A stretch of 62,592 bases of DNA, the filler included. It is 4 parts of 4 records of this genome, joined end to end, with 100 filler letters (N's around TTAATTAATTAA, not from the genome) between each part and the next. Parts side by side here need not be neighbours in the genome. Positions count along the whole stretch, not along the records: positions 1 to 23,657 come from SRR2962707_1411; 3 more parts are not named here. One strand, given 5' to 3'. The translations under genes and the position numbers were made by a program. The notes under the pieces were generated by a model. That model was not told the DNA's origin, made no database searches, and saw nothing but the letters and a program-made list of their open reading frames with translations. The stretch's first letter is position 1. Each line of letters begins with the position of its first letter. Positions 10,716 to 19,889 of the stretch are shown here, piece after piece.

Positions 10716-11552
10716 TTATTCACATCCGGGCGTGTGGTCATCCATGACATATCCGGCAAAACCGGGCTCACCAAATCCGGGCTGCGGAGTGACCGCCGCC
10801 GAACCCGCTTCCGGTGTAACACCAAACCACTTCTCGCTCATGCTCGCCATCGTGCCGTCAAGCTTCAGGCATTCGATGACGGTTTCCACTTTTGCGCGCA
10901 ATTCTTCATCGCCGTTTCTAAATGGCATTCCCCAGACCAACCCGGTGGTGAAAAGATAGCTGAGCTCAATCGCCGGGTTTTGCTTCGCGGCCCATGCCGA
11001 CGCGGTATTGCCCGCCACATTCGCAAAGGCCCGCCCTGACACAACCGCCTGAACAGCGTCGCTGTTGGTGCCATAGCTTTCAACCGTCCAACCGATCTCG
11101 TCTTCCTTGCCACGCGCCCAGGAATCGTAAACCGACCCTTTGTTCACCGCGATAACCTTGCCCTTTAGGGATGCCAGATCGCTGACCTCCTCTGCGCCCG
11201 TCTTGACCACGAATTGGAAATCCGTGTTCAAATATCCTTCGGAAAACAGGATGTTTTCGGCCCGTTCAGCGGTGATCGTTGTGGGGGCAACAACGAAGTC
11301 ATAGGTGCCCGCTGCAAGCCCCGGCAAAATGCCCGAAAACTGGGTGGCAACAATATCCATTTCCACGCCCAAACGTTCACCAATGGTGTTCGCCAGATCG
11401 ACGTTAAAGCCCTCAATCCCTCCAGACAAAGACGGCATCGCGTGAGGCGCGAAGGTCCCGTCCAGCGCAACTGTATATTTATCCTGCGCATAGGCTGCTC
11501 CGCTCAAGGCTAGAACGGCCGCGAGCGCTCCGAAAGTGATCTTGCAATTCAT
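10716..11552 (-). CDS. Polar amino-acid ABC transporter substrate-binding protein (SBP family 3)
   Basis: Sec signal peptide; DGTFAPH, GFNVDL, TITAERAE..FS. Confidence 0.9.
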   Translation of the reverse strand: MNCKITFGALAAVLALSGAAYAQDKYTVALDGTFAPHAMPSLSGGIEGFNVDLANTIGERLGVEMDIVATQFSGILPGLAAGTYDFVVAPTTITAERAENILFSEGYLNTDFQFVVKTGAEEVSDLASLKGKVIAVNKGSVYDSWARGKEDEIGWTVESYGTNSDAVQAVVSGRAFANVAGNTASAWAAKQNPAIELSYLFTTGLVWGMPFRNGDEELRAKVETVIECLKLDGTMASMSEKWFGVTPEAGSAAVTPQPGFGEPGFAGYVMDDHTPGCE

Positions 11553-11849
11553 TGTTTCTCTCCTGTTGGTTGGCTTATTTGCGCCCGATTATTTGTTTTC
11601 CGGACGATTATTTCACGGCGACGGCGCTTCAAAGTCGAAACACGCACACCGCTTTGTTCTAAAATGCTATTTTTGGGTACAAACCCACACTTCCTTGGTC
11701 GGAAACATGCTAAAAAGCGACCTGATGGCGCTGTCGTCTGCGGAACAAACAGCCGTGCATAATTTTTACCCCTCTTCGAAAAACTCCGCCGACTGCCTGA
11801 TAGTTCAGCTTGCTCAAACAACGATATTCCGGTGTTGCGATACCCTGAT

Positions 11850-12515
11850 TCAACGCTCAATCTTGCTCGAGGATTCGGCGTTGTCGGGATTGATGGCGCG
11901 GATCCGGTAGGCGGGTGCTTTGGGTAACCACGCCGCCAGCAACGCGCACAAATCCTGAAGCGGCGTCATTGAAAAATCCATTCGCAGATCAACATCTTTC
12001 AAACTGTCGGCACCCAGCACAACAACAGCGGCAGATTGCAGCGGGTCCCTTTCGCTTCCCGCCGCTTCGCCAGCCAGCAATCCCGCCATCAACCTTGTTG
12101 CAAGGTGACCCGGTTCAGCCTCGAACCCCTGTACCATGGCTGGTAAAACCCCGTCGGCTCCAAGAAAGTTACCCAACGCCAAACAGTCCTTACCTGCCAA
12201 GCCGTCCGCCACATCCATGCATGACGAACCAGTATAATGTCGCGGATCACCTGTTTTTGGCAAAACACCCAACTGACGCCAATGCAGCGCGGTTGCGGCG
12301 TTTTTCATGGCGGTTAAAGTTTGGTCAGCATCCCCAGTTTCCTGCCACCGCAGCAACCCCACCGAATGAAGGCGCGGGTCTGTGCGTGCTTGCGAAAACA
12401 CCACACACCCGTCCACCACGGCCCCGACGCGCGCCCCGACACAAACTGACGATGTCGTCACCGCGAATCCGATATCGCCGGTTATAGGATCCCGTCCCGC
12501 TAGTGAAAATGTCAT
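11850..12515 (-). CDS. DUF1028 family protein (Ntn-hydrolase-like), copy 1
   Basis: MTFSL N-terminus, VGARV, SQARTDPRL, WRQLGV, LGNFL, AG..AGSE..P.QSAAV, DLRMD. Confidence 0.85.
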   Translation of the reverse strand: MTFSLAGRDPITGDIGFAVTTSSVCVGARVGAVVDGCVVFSQARTDPRLHSVGLLRWQETGDADQTLTAMKNAATALHWRQLGVLPKTGDPRHYTGSSCMDVADGLAGKDCLALGNFLGADGVLPAMVQGFEAEPGHLATRLMAGLLAGEAAGSERDPLQSAAVVVLGADSLKDVDLRMDFSMTPLQDLCALLAAWLPKAPAYRIRAINPDNAESSSKIER

Positions 12516-13450
12516 TCTGCCACTTCCACACCCGTTTGTTTCGTGATTGGCCCGTAATGTTCGATCCTTCGATGCCGGGCGAAATCAAAGACCGAGCGGC
12601 GGATATACGCCCCCAGATCAAGATCGCAGTTGTGGGATATAACTTCGTCTTCCTCAGAAATTGCGCGGGCCACGGTTTCGCCGGTAGGTGCTACGATGGC
12701 GGATCCGCCAATCATCGCAAACCCATCTTCGGATCCGCACTTTGCCGCAGCCATAACCCACGCTCCATTCTGATAGGCCGCTGATTCAAGGCTAAGGCGG
12801 TTGTGGAACTCGCGCAGATGGGCAGCCTCGGGGTGGTGAATATTGCGGGTCGGCGTGTTGTACCCCAGCATAAAAACCTCGGCCCCGCGTAGCGCCATCA
12901 CGCGGAATGTTTCGGGCCAACGCCGGTCATTACAGATGCACATACCAAAACGACCAGAAGGCGTCGCGAATGTCGGAAAGCCTAAATCGCCCACTTCGAA
13001 GTAGCGTTTTTCCAGATGTTCGAATTCCAGATCACCAATAGGGTCTTTGGTGCCAGGCAGGTGAATTTTGCGGTACTTACCCAAAATATTACCGTCCGGA
13101 CCGACAAGAACCGACGTGTTGAACCGGCGGACGATCCCGTTCTCTGTCACCTTTTCGGCATAGCCTAAATAGAACCCCACACCCAATGCCTTGGCCACCT
13201 CAAACAGGGGGATCATGGCGGGTGAAGGCAACCCTTGTTCAAAGAACACATCGTATTCTTCCGGGGTTTCATAGATATAGCGCGGGAAAAATGTTGTCAG
13301 CGCCAGTTCAGGAAAGGTCACCCAGCGTGCGCCACGCCCATGGGCCTCACGCAACATTTCGACCAGGCGCACGACGACTTGCGCTTTGGTATCCCCAAGA
13401 TTGACCGGCCCCAATTGTGCAACCGCAAAGATCTCTTTCCTGCTCACCAT
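12512..13450 (-). CDS. hyuC: N-carbamoyl-D-amino acid amidohydrolase (D-carbamoylase), copy 1
   Basis: FPELALTTFFPR, YRKIHLPG, EHLEKRYF, ICNDRRWPE, GYNTP; start chosen at MVSRK behind the GGAGAG RBS. Confidence 0.88.
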   Translation of the reverse strand: MVSRKEIFAVAQLGPVNLGDTKAQVVVRLVEMLREAHGRGARWVTFPELALTTFFPRYIYETPEEYDVFFEQGLPSPAMIPLFEVAKALGVGFYLGYAEKVTENGIVRRFNTSVLVGPDGNILGKYRKIHLPGTKDPIGDLEFEHLEKRYFEVGDLGFPTFATPSGRFGMCICNDRRWPETFRVMALRGAEVFMLGYNTPTRNIHHPEAAHLREFHNRLSLESAAYQNGAWVMAAAKCGSEDGFAMIGGSAIVAPTGETVARAISEEDEVISHNCDLDLGAYIRRSVFDFARHRRIEHYGPITKQTGVEVAE

Positions 13451-13527
13451 ACTCTCCTGCAAAGACAGATTGCTTCTTTGCTAGACAGCCGAAGCATCAG
13501 TATGAAATAAAATAATCACCCTCAAGA

Positions 13528-13542
13528 ATAATGGATTGTTAT
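13528..13542. promoter_or_regulatory. Putative LysR recognition box (T-N11-A dyad) in the divergent promoter
   Basis: ATAATGGATTGTTAT (reverse strand ATAACAATCCATTAT), just upstream of the LysR start codon. Confidence 0.55.
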
Positions 13543-13546
13543 ACTT

Positions 13547-14452
13547 ATGATCAGCGCGCGACAGCTCGAGGTTCTTTCAACCGTGATCGAAGTGGGCACA
13601 ACAGCGCGTGCGGCGCAGGTGCTGAATGTCAGCCAACCGGCGATCAGCAACACGATCCGCCACACCGAAGACGCCATCGGCTTTGCCCTGTTCAAACGCG
13701 AACATGGACGGCTGATCCCTACCAAAGAGGCCATGCATATCGCGCAAGAGGCGCAGCACCTGTTCATGCAGCAAAAACGGATCGACAACGTTATCGACGA
13801 TCTAAAGGGCGGCACTGTTGGACGCCTAAGCATCGTCGCAACCCCATCAATCGGCCACAGTATTCTGCCACGCGTGCTGGGACAGTTCATGAAGAACCGC
13901 CCAAAACTTAAGCTCACCATAGAACTGGGCAGCGTTGATGAGATTACCAAACGTTTGGCCAGCGGGCGGGCGGATTTAGGGCTTTCCATCACCTCACCCC
14001 GCCTTTCTGCCGTATATGTGCGCGAAATCGGCAAAGGTCATTTGATGTGCATCTGCCCGCCCGACCACGAACTGGCGCTGATGGATTGTGTTTCGGTGAC
14101 CGACTTGAACCACGTCAACCACATCTCCTACGCCGCGCGCACGCCTTTGGGCCAGGCCATCGACAATGTATTTTCGCAACGCGGATTGGAACGGCGGTTT
14201 TTCTGCGAGGTACGCCACACTGCAACAGCATTGGAAATGGTGCGCAGCGGTCTGGGCGTGGCACTGGTCGACAGCTTTGCGCTAATCGGGCATCAGACCA
14301 GCGCCATCGCGATCAGGCCGACCAAACCCTTGCTGCCCATCAAGATGCACGGCGTCACCTCCAAACTCTTCCCGACCTCAAATCTGGCCATTCAGTTTCA
14401 AGACTACCTGTCAGAGTTTCTGAAAAAGGAAGGCGCACCTGATCTTGGCTAA
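13547..14452 (+). CDS. LysR-family transcriptional regulator
   Basis: N-terminal HTH TTARAAQVLNVSQPAISNTI..LF.R..GRL.PT; divergent from the carbamoylase operon. Confidence 0.95.
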   Translation: MISARQLEVLSTVIEVGTTARAAQVLNVSQPAISNTIRHTEDAIGFALFKREHGRLIPTKEAMHIAQEAQHLFMQQKRIDNVIDDLKGGTVGRLSIVATPSIGHSILPRVLGQFMKNRPKLKLTIELGSVDEITKRLASGRADLGLSITSPRLSAVYVREIGKGHLMCICPPDHELALMDCVSVTDLNHVNHISYAARTPLGQAIDNVFSQRGLERRFFCEVRHTATALEMVRSGLGVALVDSFALIGHQTSAIAIRPTKPLLPIKMHGVTSKLFPTSNLAIQFQDYLSEFLKKEGAPDLG

Positions 14453-14462
14453 CGACCGATGT

Positions 14463-14477
14463 ATAACCTCAGGATAT
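14463..14477. promoter_or_regulatory. Putative second LysR box upstream of the rightward operon
   Basis: ATAACCTCAGGATAT, a T-N11-A site with the same ATAAC half-site as 13528-13542. Confidence 0.45.
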
Positions 14478-14586
14478 AGACACCCCTACCTTTTTTATTT
14501 CACCTTACCGGCCTGCCATGCTTCCCTTCAGGAACAGAAAGGTCCAGCCGGACCTTGAGCCTGCGTAGAACGGATATGTTTACCAG

Positions 14587-15657
14587 ATGACTTCACCCAT
14601 TCTCTCGATCAGCGATGCCGTTAAACTCTACGGCGACACGCACGCATTGGACCGGGTGAGCCTTGATGTCGCCGAAGGTGAATTCCTGACCCTCCTTGGC
14701 CCGTCTGGATCGGGTAAAACAACGTTGCTAAGCGCGATTGCAGGGTTCATCAAAATGGATGGCGGCAGGTTGACCCTGCGCGGCGAGGACATCACCCACC
14801 GGCCCCCCGAACACCGCGATTTCGGGATGGTTTTTCAGGGATATGCCCTGTTTCCGACCATGACGGTACGCGACAACGTGGGCTTCCCGCTAAGGGTACG
14901 CAAAAAACCAGCGGCCGAGATTAAGAAAAGGGTGAACGAAGCGCTTGAAATGGTGCAGATGGGGGCCTTTGCCGACCGCATGCCATCGCAACTGTCTGGT
15001 GGCCAACAACAACGCATTGCCCTGGCACGCGCCATGTCCTTTAGCCCGCAGGTTCTGCTCCTGGACGAACCGCTGTCAGCGCTCGATAAAAAGCTGCGCG
15101 CCGATTTGCAGTGGGAGCTAAAGGCTCTGCACAACCAATTGGGCGTAACCTTTATTTATGTGACCCATGATCAGGACGAGGCTTTGTCCATGTCCGACCG
15201 GATCATCATCCTCAAAGACGGCAGTATCCAACAACAGGGCGATCCCAGCACGCTTTACAACCGCCCCCGCAACAAATTCGTCGCCGATTTTCTGGGTAAG
15301 TCGAACTTTGTCGACGTCACTGTTCACGATCAAACTGGCACCACAATGCAGTGTTCCGCGAAAGATGTGATCTTCCGTGTCGAAACAGATACCGCCAATG
15401 CAGCAGGTTCCGCAGTTAAACTTGCCCTGCGCCCCGAGCGATTGAACTTGGCCGCCCCGGGTAAAGAGTTCCTGCCCGCAGTCGTAAAGCAAGTCAGCTA
15501 CTTGGGTGAGCGTTGCCAGGTCATCGTCAAACAAGAGACTTTGGGTGAGATACTGGTGTCTCGTCCGACTTGGAAAACCGACATAACGCCAGTTGCGGGC
15601 CTTGCGGTCAGCATCGGATGGGATCCTGACGCCCCTGTCGTTTTATCAGCAGATTAA
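14587..15657 (+). CDS. ABC transporter ATP-binding protein, PotA type
   Basis: [32 protein letters not shown]. Confidence 0.93.
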   Translation: MTSPILSISDAVKLYGDTHALDRVSLDVAEGEFLTLLGPSGSGKTTLLSAIAGFIKMDGGRLTLRGEDITHRPPEHRDFGMVFQGYALFPTMTVRDNVGFPLRVRKKPAAEIKKRVNEALEMVQMGAFADRMPSQLSGGQQQRIALARAMSFSPQVLLLDEPLSALDKKLRADLQWELKALHNQLGVTFIYVTHDQDEALSMSDRIIILKDGSIQQQGDPSTLYNRPRNKFVADFLGKSNFVDVTVHDQTGTTMQCSAKDVIFRVETDTANAAGSAVKLALRPERLNLAAPGKEFLPAVVKQVSYLGERCQVIVKQETLGEILVSRPTWKTDITPVAGLAVSIGWDPDAPVVLSAD

Positions 15658-15701
15658 TAAGGGGCAAAAAGCCCTGGCCAACCCCAACAAGGAGAAACTT
15701 C

Positions 15702-16835
15702 ATGCACGATACTACGGATTTTGAAGCTAAACGTGACATCGCTGAAATCGCAGTTGAGCGTTATAAGCAGGGCCGCCTAACGCGACGCGGTTTCATCGCG
15801 GCAATGGGTGCCTTGGGCATTCTGCCTGCACTGGGATCACCGGCCACCGCGCAGGCCAAAGAGATCATCGTTGTTAACTGGGGCGGCACTGCCAAAGACG
15901 TGTTGCAAGAGGTGATCTGCGATACCTACACAGCCGAAACCGGCATTCCCGTCATTGTTGACGGTTCCGGCCCATCGGCAGGCAAGATCCGCGCTATGGT
16001 CGAAAGTGGCGCAGTTGTTTGGGATCTTTGCGACAGCGGCGCGGGGTCAGCGATCATTCTGGAACAGCAAGGCATCACACAGCCGATTGACTACGGCATC
16101 GTCGATAAATCCAAAGTTCTGGAAGGCACAGCCTACAACAATGGTGTCGGCAACTACGTGTATTCCTATGTTCTGGCGACCAACCCAAAGCTTTTGGGTG
16201 GCAATGTCCCGCAATCCTGGGAAGATGTTTGGAACGTCAAGGACTTTCCCGGCATGCGGACCTTCCGCAAATCGGTACGCGGCCAGCTGGAAAGCGCCAC
16301 AATGGCGCGCGGTGTGCCGCTGAACGAAGTCTATGAGGCACTTGCAACCGACGATGGCATCAAGGCAGCCATCGCCAAATTCCGTGAACTGCGCGAACAT
16401 ATCATCGTTTGGGGCTCTGGCAGCGACAGCCAAAACCTGTTCCTGCAAGAAGAGGTCGCAATTGGTAATATTTGGTCTACCCGGGCGCACCTGCTGAAGG
16501 ATCAAATGGACCCTGATTCATTCAAGGCAAGCTTTAATGGCGGCGTCATCGCACCGGGCATCTGGGTCGTTCCCAAAGGCAATCCTGCCGGCACCGAAGA
16601 AGTTATGAAATTGATTGCGCACGGTCAGAATCCCGAACTTCAGGTGCAGTGGCTTGAGCTGATCGGGTCAGGTCCGATTAACCCCGAAGCAGCCGCACTT
16701 GTCCCCCCAGAACTGGCGCCTTGGAACCCATCTAGCCCCGAAAATCTGGCAACCCAGATTCTCTATAATGATGAATGGTACGCCAAGCATCAGATCGCGG
16801 CCGAAGAGCTCTATGTGGATGCGCTGATCAACTAA
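15702..16835 (+). CDS. ABC transporter substrate-binding protein, polyamine/opine type, Tat-exported
   Basis: TRRGFI twin-arginine signal; VVNWGG; PQSWEDVWNVKDFPG.R. Confidence 0.9.
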   Translation: MHDTTDFEAKRDIAEIAVERYKQGRLTRRGFIAAMGALGILPALGSPATAQAKEIIVVNWGGTAKDVLQEVICDTYTAETGIPVIVDGSGPSAGKIRAMVESGAVVWDLCDSGAGSAIILEQQGITQPIDYGIVDKSKVLEGTAYNNGVGNYVYSYVLATNPKLLGGNVPQSWEDVWNVKDFPGMRTFRKSVRGQLESATMARGVPLNEVYEALATDDGIKAAIAKFRELREHIIVWGSGSDSQNLFLQEEVAIGNIWSTRAHLLKDQMDPDSFKASFNGGVIAPGIWVVPKGNPAGTEEVMKLIAHGQNPELQVQWLELIGSGPINPEAAALVPPELAPWNPSSPENLATQILYNDEWYAKHQIAAEELYVDALIN

Positions 16836-16844
16836 ACGACCCTT

Positions 16845-16873
16845 GGTGGGCCAGTAACAGTCGCTGGCCCACC
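16845..16873 (+). terminator. Stem-loop after the SBP gene (partial terminator or mRNA stabiliser)
   Basis: Perfect 10-bp stem GGTGGGCCAG / CTGGCCCACC followed by CGTTTT. Confidence 0.6.
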
Positions 16874-16892
16874 CGTTTTGTCAGGAACCAAG

Positions 16893-17735
16893 ATGCCGCG
16901 AATGACCGAAAAAGCCCATTATTGGATGCTAGTGATCCCGGCCTTGGCAATCATGGTGATCTTTTACATCGTGCCAGTTTTGGGCATCTGGAAAATTGCG
17001 TTTACGGAACCACAAACCGGCATCGAAAATTTTGTTGCCATGGCAAATTCTAACGCGGTCAAGACCAGCTTTGTCATCACCTTTCGCGTGGCCGCCATAA
17101 CCACAATCGGCTGTCTGCTCTTAGGCTACATCGTTGCCTATGCCATCAGTAATTATGCTTCAAAATTAACACCGCTTATGCTGGCGTTGGTGATTTTGCC
17201 GTTCTGGGTATCTGTGCTGATCCGCTCCTTCAGTTGGATCGTGCTGCTGGGCCGCTCTGGCATCGTGAATGACACGCTAAAGGGTGCAGGGCTAATCGAC
17301 GCGCCACTGCGCCTGATGCATAATGAATTAGGTGTGTTGATTGCGATGATCCATGTGATGTTGCCCTTTGCCATCCTGCCAATACTAACCAATATGCGCG
17401 GCATTTCCGGTGCTTACGTTTTGGCCGCGCGCAGCCTGGGCGCTGGCGAATGGACCGCCTTCCGCCAAGTTTACTTTCCCCAAACCTTGCCCGGGGTGAT
17501 GTCTGGCGCGCTGCTGGTCTTTGTGCTTTCGCTGGGCTTTTTCGTGACACCTGCATTGCTGGGCGGAGGCCGTGTTCTGATGATCTCGGAATATATCACC
17601 TATCAAATTCAAGAATTCCTAAACTGGGGTCTTGGATCGGCGCTATCCGTCGCGTTGCTGATCGCGACTGCCCTTGTACTTTTGATCGCGGCGCGGTTCG
17701 TAAACCTGCGCGCCGCCTTGTTGGAGCGTAAATAA
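16893..17735 (+). CDS. ABC transporter permease, PotB type
   Basis: LPFWVSVLIRSFSWI, LAARSLGA, GFFVTPALLGG. Confidence 0.92.
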   Translation: MPRMTEKAHYWMLVIPALAIMVIFYIVPVLGIWKIAFTEPQTGIENFVAMANSNAVKTSFVITFRVAAITTIGCLLLGYIVAYAISNYASKLTPLMLALVILPFWVSVLIRSFSWIVLLGRSGIVNDTLKGAGLIDAPLRLMHNELGVLIAMIHVMLPFAILPILTNMRGISGAYVLAARSLGAGEWTAFRQVYFPQTLPGVMSGALLVFVLSLGFFVTPALLGGGRVLMISEYITYQIQEFLNWGLGSALSVALLIATALVLLIAARFVNLRAALLERK

Positions 17736-18508
17736 TGCCCCGCTCCGGCTTTCAAATCTTCTTTCAGACAGGCGCATGGGCCATCATCGCATTCCTGGTG
17801 CTGCCCCTATTGGTGGTCGTCCCGATCTCATTCACCGATACCAGCTATATCGGCCTACCCAAACATGGGCTGTCGATGCAGCATTATGTGAACTACTTCA
17901 CCGATGCGCGCTGGCTTGGTGCCACATGGACCAGCATCTGGATCGGTCTTGTCGTGGCCACTTGTGCCACCGTTCTTGGCACAGCCTTTGCAATCGGCTG
18001 CTGGTTTCTGTCTGATCGCGCATCCTCTGTTGCGCGCTGGGTGCTGATCACGCCGATCTTGGTGCCGCCTGTGGTGCAATCCTTAGGCTTCTACCGGTTT
18101 TGGGTCGTGCTGGGGCTGATTGACACCAATACAGGCGTGATCCTTGCGCATACGCTGCTTGCCCTACCCTATGTTTCCATCTCGGTCTTTGCCGCGCTTA
18201 CCAATCTTGATCGTAATATCCCCCGCGCTGCGCGCAGTCTTGGAGCATCGGTGATGCAAACCATCTGGGCCGTCGTTGTGCCCGCCGCCGCACCGGGCAT
18301 CGCAACCGGCTTCATCTTTGCCTTCATCGTCAGCTTTGATGAAATCGTCGGCGTCCTGTTCATCACTGTGCGCCGTGTCAGCACCCTGCCCAAAATGATC
18401 TGGGAAGGTATTCAGGACAATATCGACCCGACGATCGCCGCCGTCGCAACCTTGCTGGTTGTTGCAACGCTTGCCGCCACAGCCATCGCAGTGATGTATA
18501 AAAAATGA
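17735..18508 (+). CDS. ABC transporter permease, PotC type
   Basis: AHTLLALPY, RAARSLGA, FIVSFDE. Confidence 0.92.
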   Translation: MPRSGFQIFFQTGAWAIIAFLVLPLLVVVPISFTDTSYIGLPKHGLSMQHYVNYFTDARWLGATWTSIWIGLVVATCATVLGTAFAIGCWFLSDRASSVARWVLITPILVPPVVQSLGFYRFWVVLGLIDTNTGVILAHTLLALPYVSISVFAALTNLDRNIPRAARSLGASVMQTIWAVVVPAAAPGIATGFIFAFIVSFDEIVGVLFITVRRVSTLPKMIWEGIQDNIDPTIAAVATLLVVATLAATAIAVMYKK

Positions 18509-19872
18509 CCCGCACTCTATTAAAAAACGCGCGCTATATCTCGCATGAATGCGGTGTACCACAGGTCCGTCGCGGCCACATTGCGATTGATGGTAGCCAA
18601 ATCATTGCCATTGCCGACAGCCTGGCAGGCACGGATTTTGACGGGTTCAAACCGTTGGATATGTCAGACAGGCTCGTCTCTCCCGGGTTGATCAATTCCC
18701 ACACCCATGCGGTGCTGTTGGTTCTACGTGGCACTGTCGAAGATATTGAGGGCAATCTGGTCTATCAATATATGGTGCCCGCATCTTATCTGCTGGAACC
18801 GCAGGAACGCGCCGCCATCGCACGGCTGGCCTGTGCCGAGGCCATCCGGTCAGGCACCACCACCATGGTCGACCCTTTGCGCCACGTGGCCGATTACGCG
18901 CCCGCGATGATTGAAACCGGCATGCGACTATGGTTGGCAGAAAGCTGCGCCGACGCCGTCACCACCGAAGTGGGCCGTGGCAATTACCGGTTTGACCGCG
19001 AATTCGGTGAAACCTTCCTAACACGCACCCGCGAACTGATCGAACGCTTTCACGGGTCCGAGGACGATCGCGTTCGCGTCATGATTGCTGCCCATGCGCC
19101 CGACAATTGCAGCCCTTGGATGCTGGGCCAATTGACTGATCTGGCCCGCCAGCACGGGCTGCGCCGTACGGTACATCTTAGTCAAATCATTAGCGAAAAA
19201 GAACAGGTAGAGCGCCTTCATGGCTGCACCTCAACCGAGTATCTGGACCGAAACAACTTCCTTGGCGATGACCTGCTGGCCGTGCATTGGACCTTTTGCA
19301 ACGAAAGCGATGTCGCCCGACTGGCCGAAACTGGCACATGGCTGGCCCATAGCCCGGCGTCAATGTCAGCCAAAGGCCCGCACCCCTTGCCTATGCGCGC
19401 AATCTTGGATCACGAGGTCAAGATCATCCTGGGCACCGATAACATGACCGAAGATATGTTTCAGGCCATGAAAATGGCGCTGACGCTGCACCGCGGAGCA
19501 TATCAAAGATCTGTCACGCCGACACCGCAAACCGTGTTCAACTACGCCACCGTGAACGCCGCCCGCGCCTTGGATCATCCGGGCATCGGCAGCATTGGCG
19601 TCGGTATGAAGGCCGATCTTGCGATGTTCGATCTGATGACGCCCGCCCTATCGCCGCGCGTCTCTGCCGTGTCCAATATTGTGCATTACGGCCATCCCGG
19701 TACGGTCACCGATACCATGGTGGATGGGCGGTTTCTGATGCGGGATCGCAAGCTGGTCACCATCGACGAACGCGCCGCAGTGCAAGAGGCACAAGCCGCA
19801 ACCGATGCCATGTGGCAACGATTTGGCGCCGAGGATCGCGGTGTTCCTATGCCCTCAACCGACATTTTCTGA
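18505..19872 (+). CDS. Metal-dependent amidohydrolase (MtaD/SsnA/AtzB-like deaminase group)
   Basis: PGLINSHTH, SGTTT, AAHAP, VHLSQ, GTDN, GMKADL. Confidence 0.85.
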   Translation: MTRTLLKNARYISHECGVPQVRRGHIAIDGSQIIAIADSLAGTDFDGFKPLDMSDRLVSPGLINSHTHAVLLVLRGTVEDIEGNLVYQYMVPASYLLEPQERAAIARLACAEAIRSGTTTMVDPLRHVADYAPAMIETGMRLWLAESCADAVTTEVGRGNYRFDREFGETFLTRTRELIERFHGSEDDRVRVMIAAHAPDNCSPWMLGQLTDLARQHGLRRTVHLSQIISEKEQVERLHGCTSTEYLDRNNFLGDDLLAVHWTFCNESDVARLAETGTWLAHSPASMSAKGPHPLPMRAILDHEVKIILGTDNMTEDMFQAMKMALTLHRGAYQRSVTPTPQTVFNYATVNAARALDHPGIGSIGVGMKADLAMFDLMTPALSPRVSAVSNIVHYGHPGTVTDTMVDGRFLMRDRKLVTIDERAAVQEAQAATDAMWQRFGAEDRGVPMPSTDIF

Positions 19873-19889
19873 CGTTCAGGAGTATCTGA

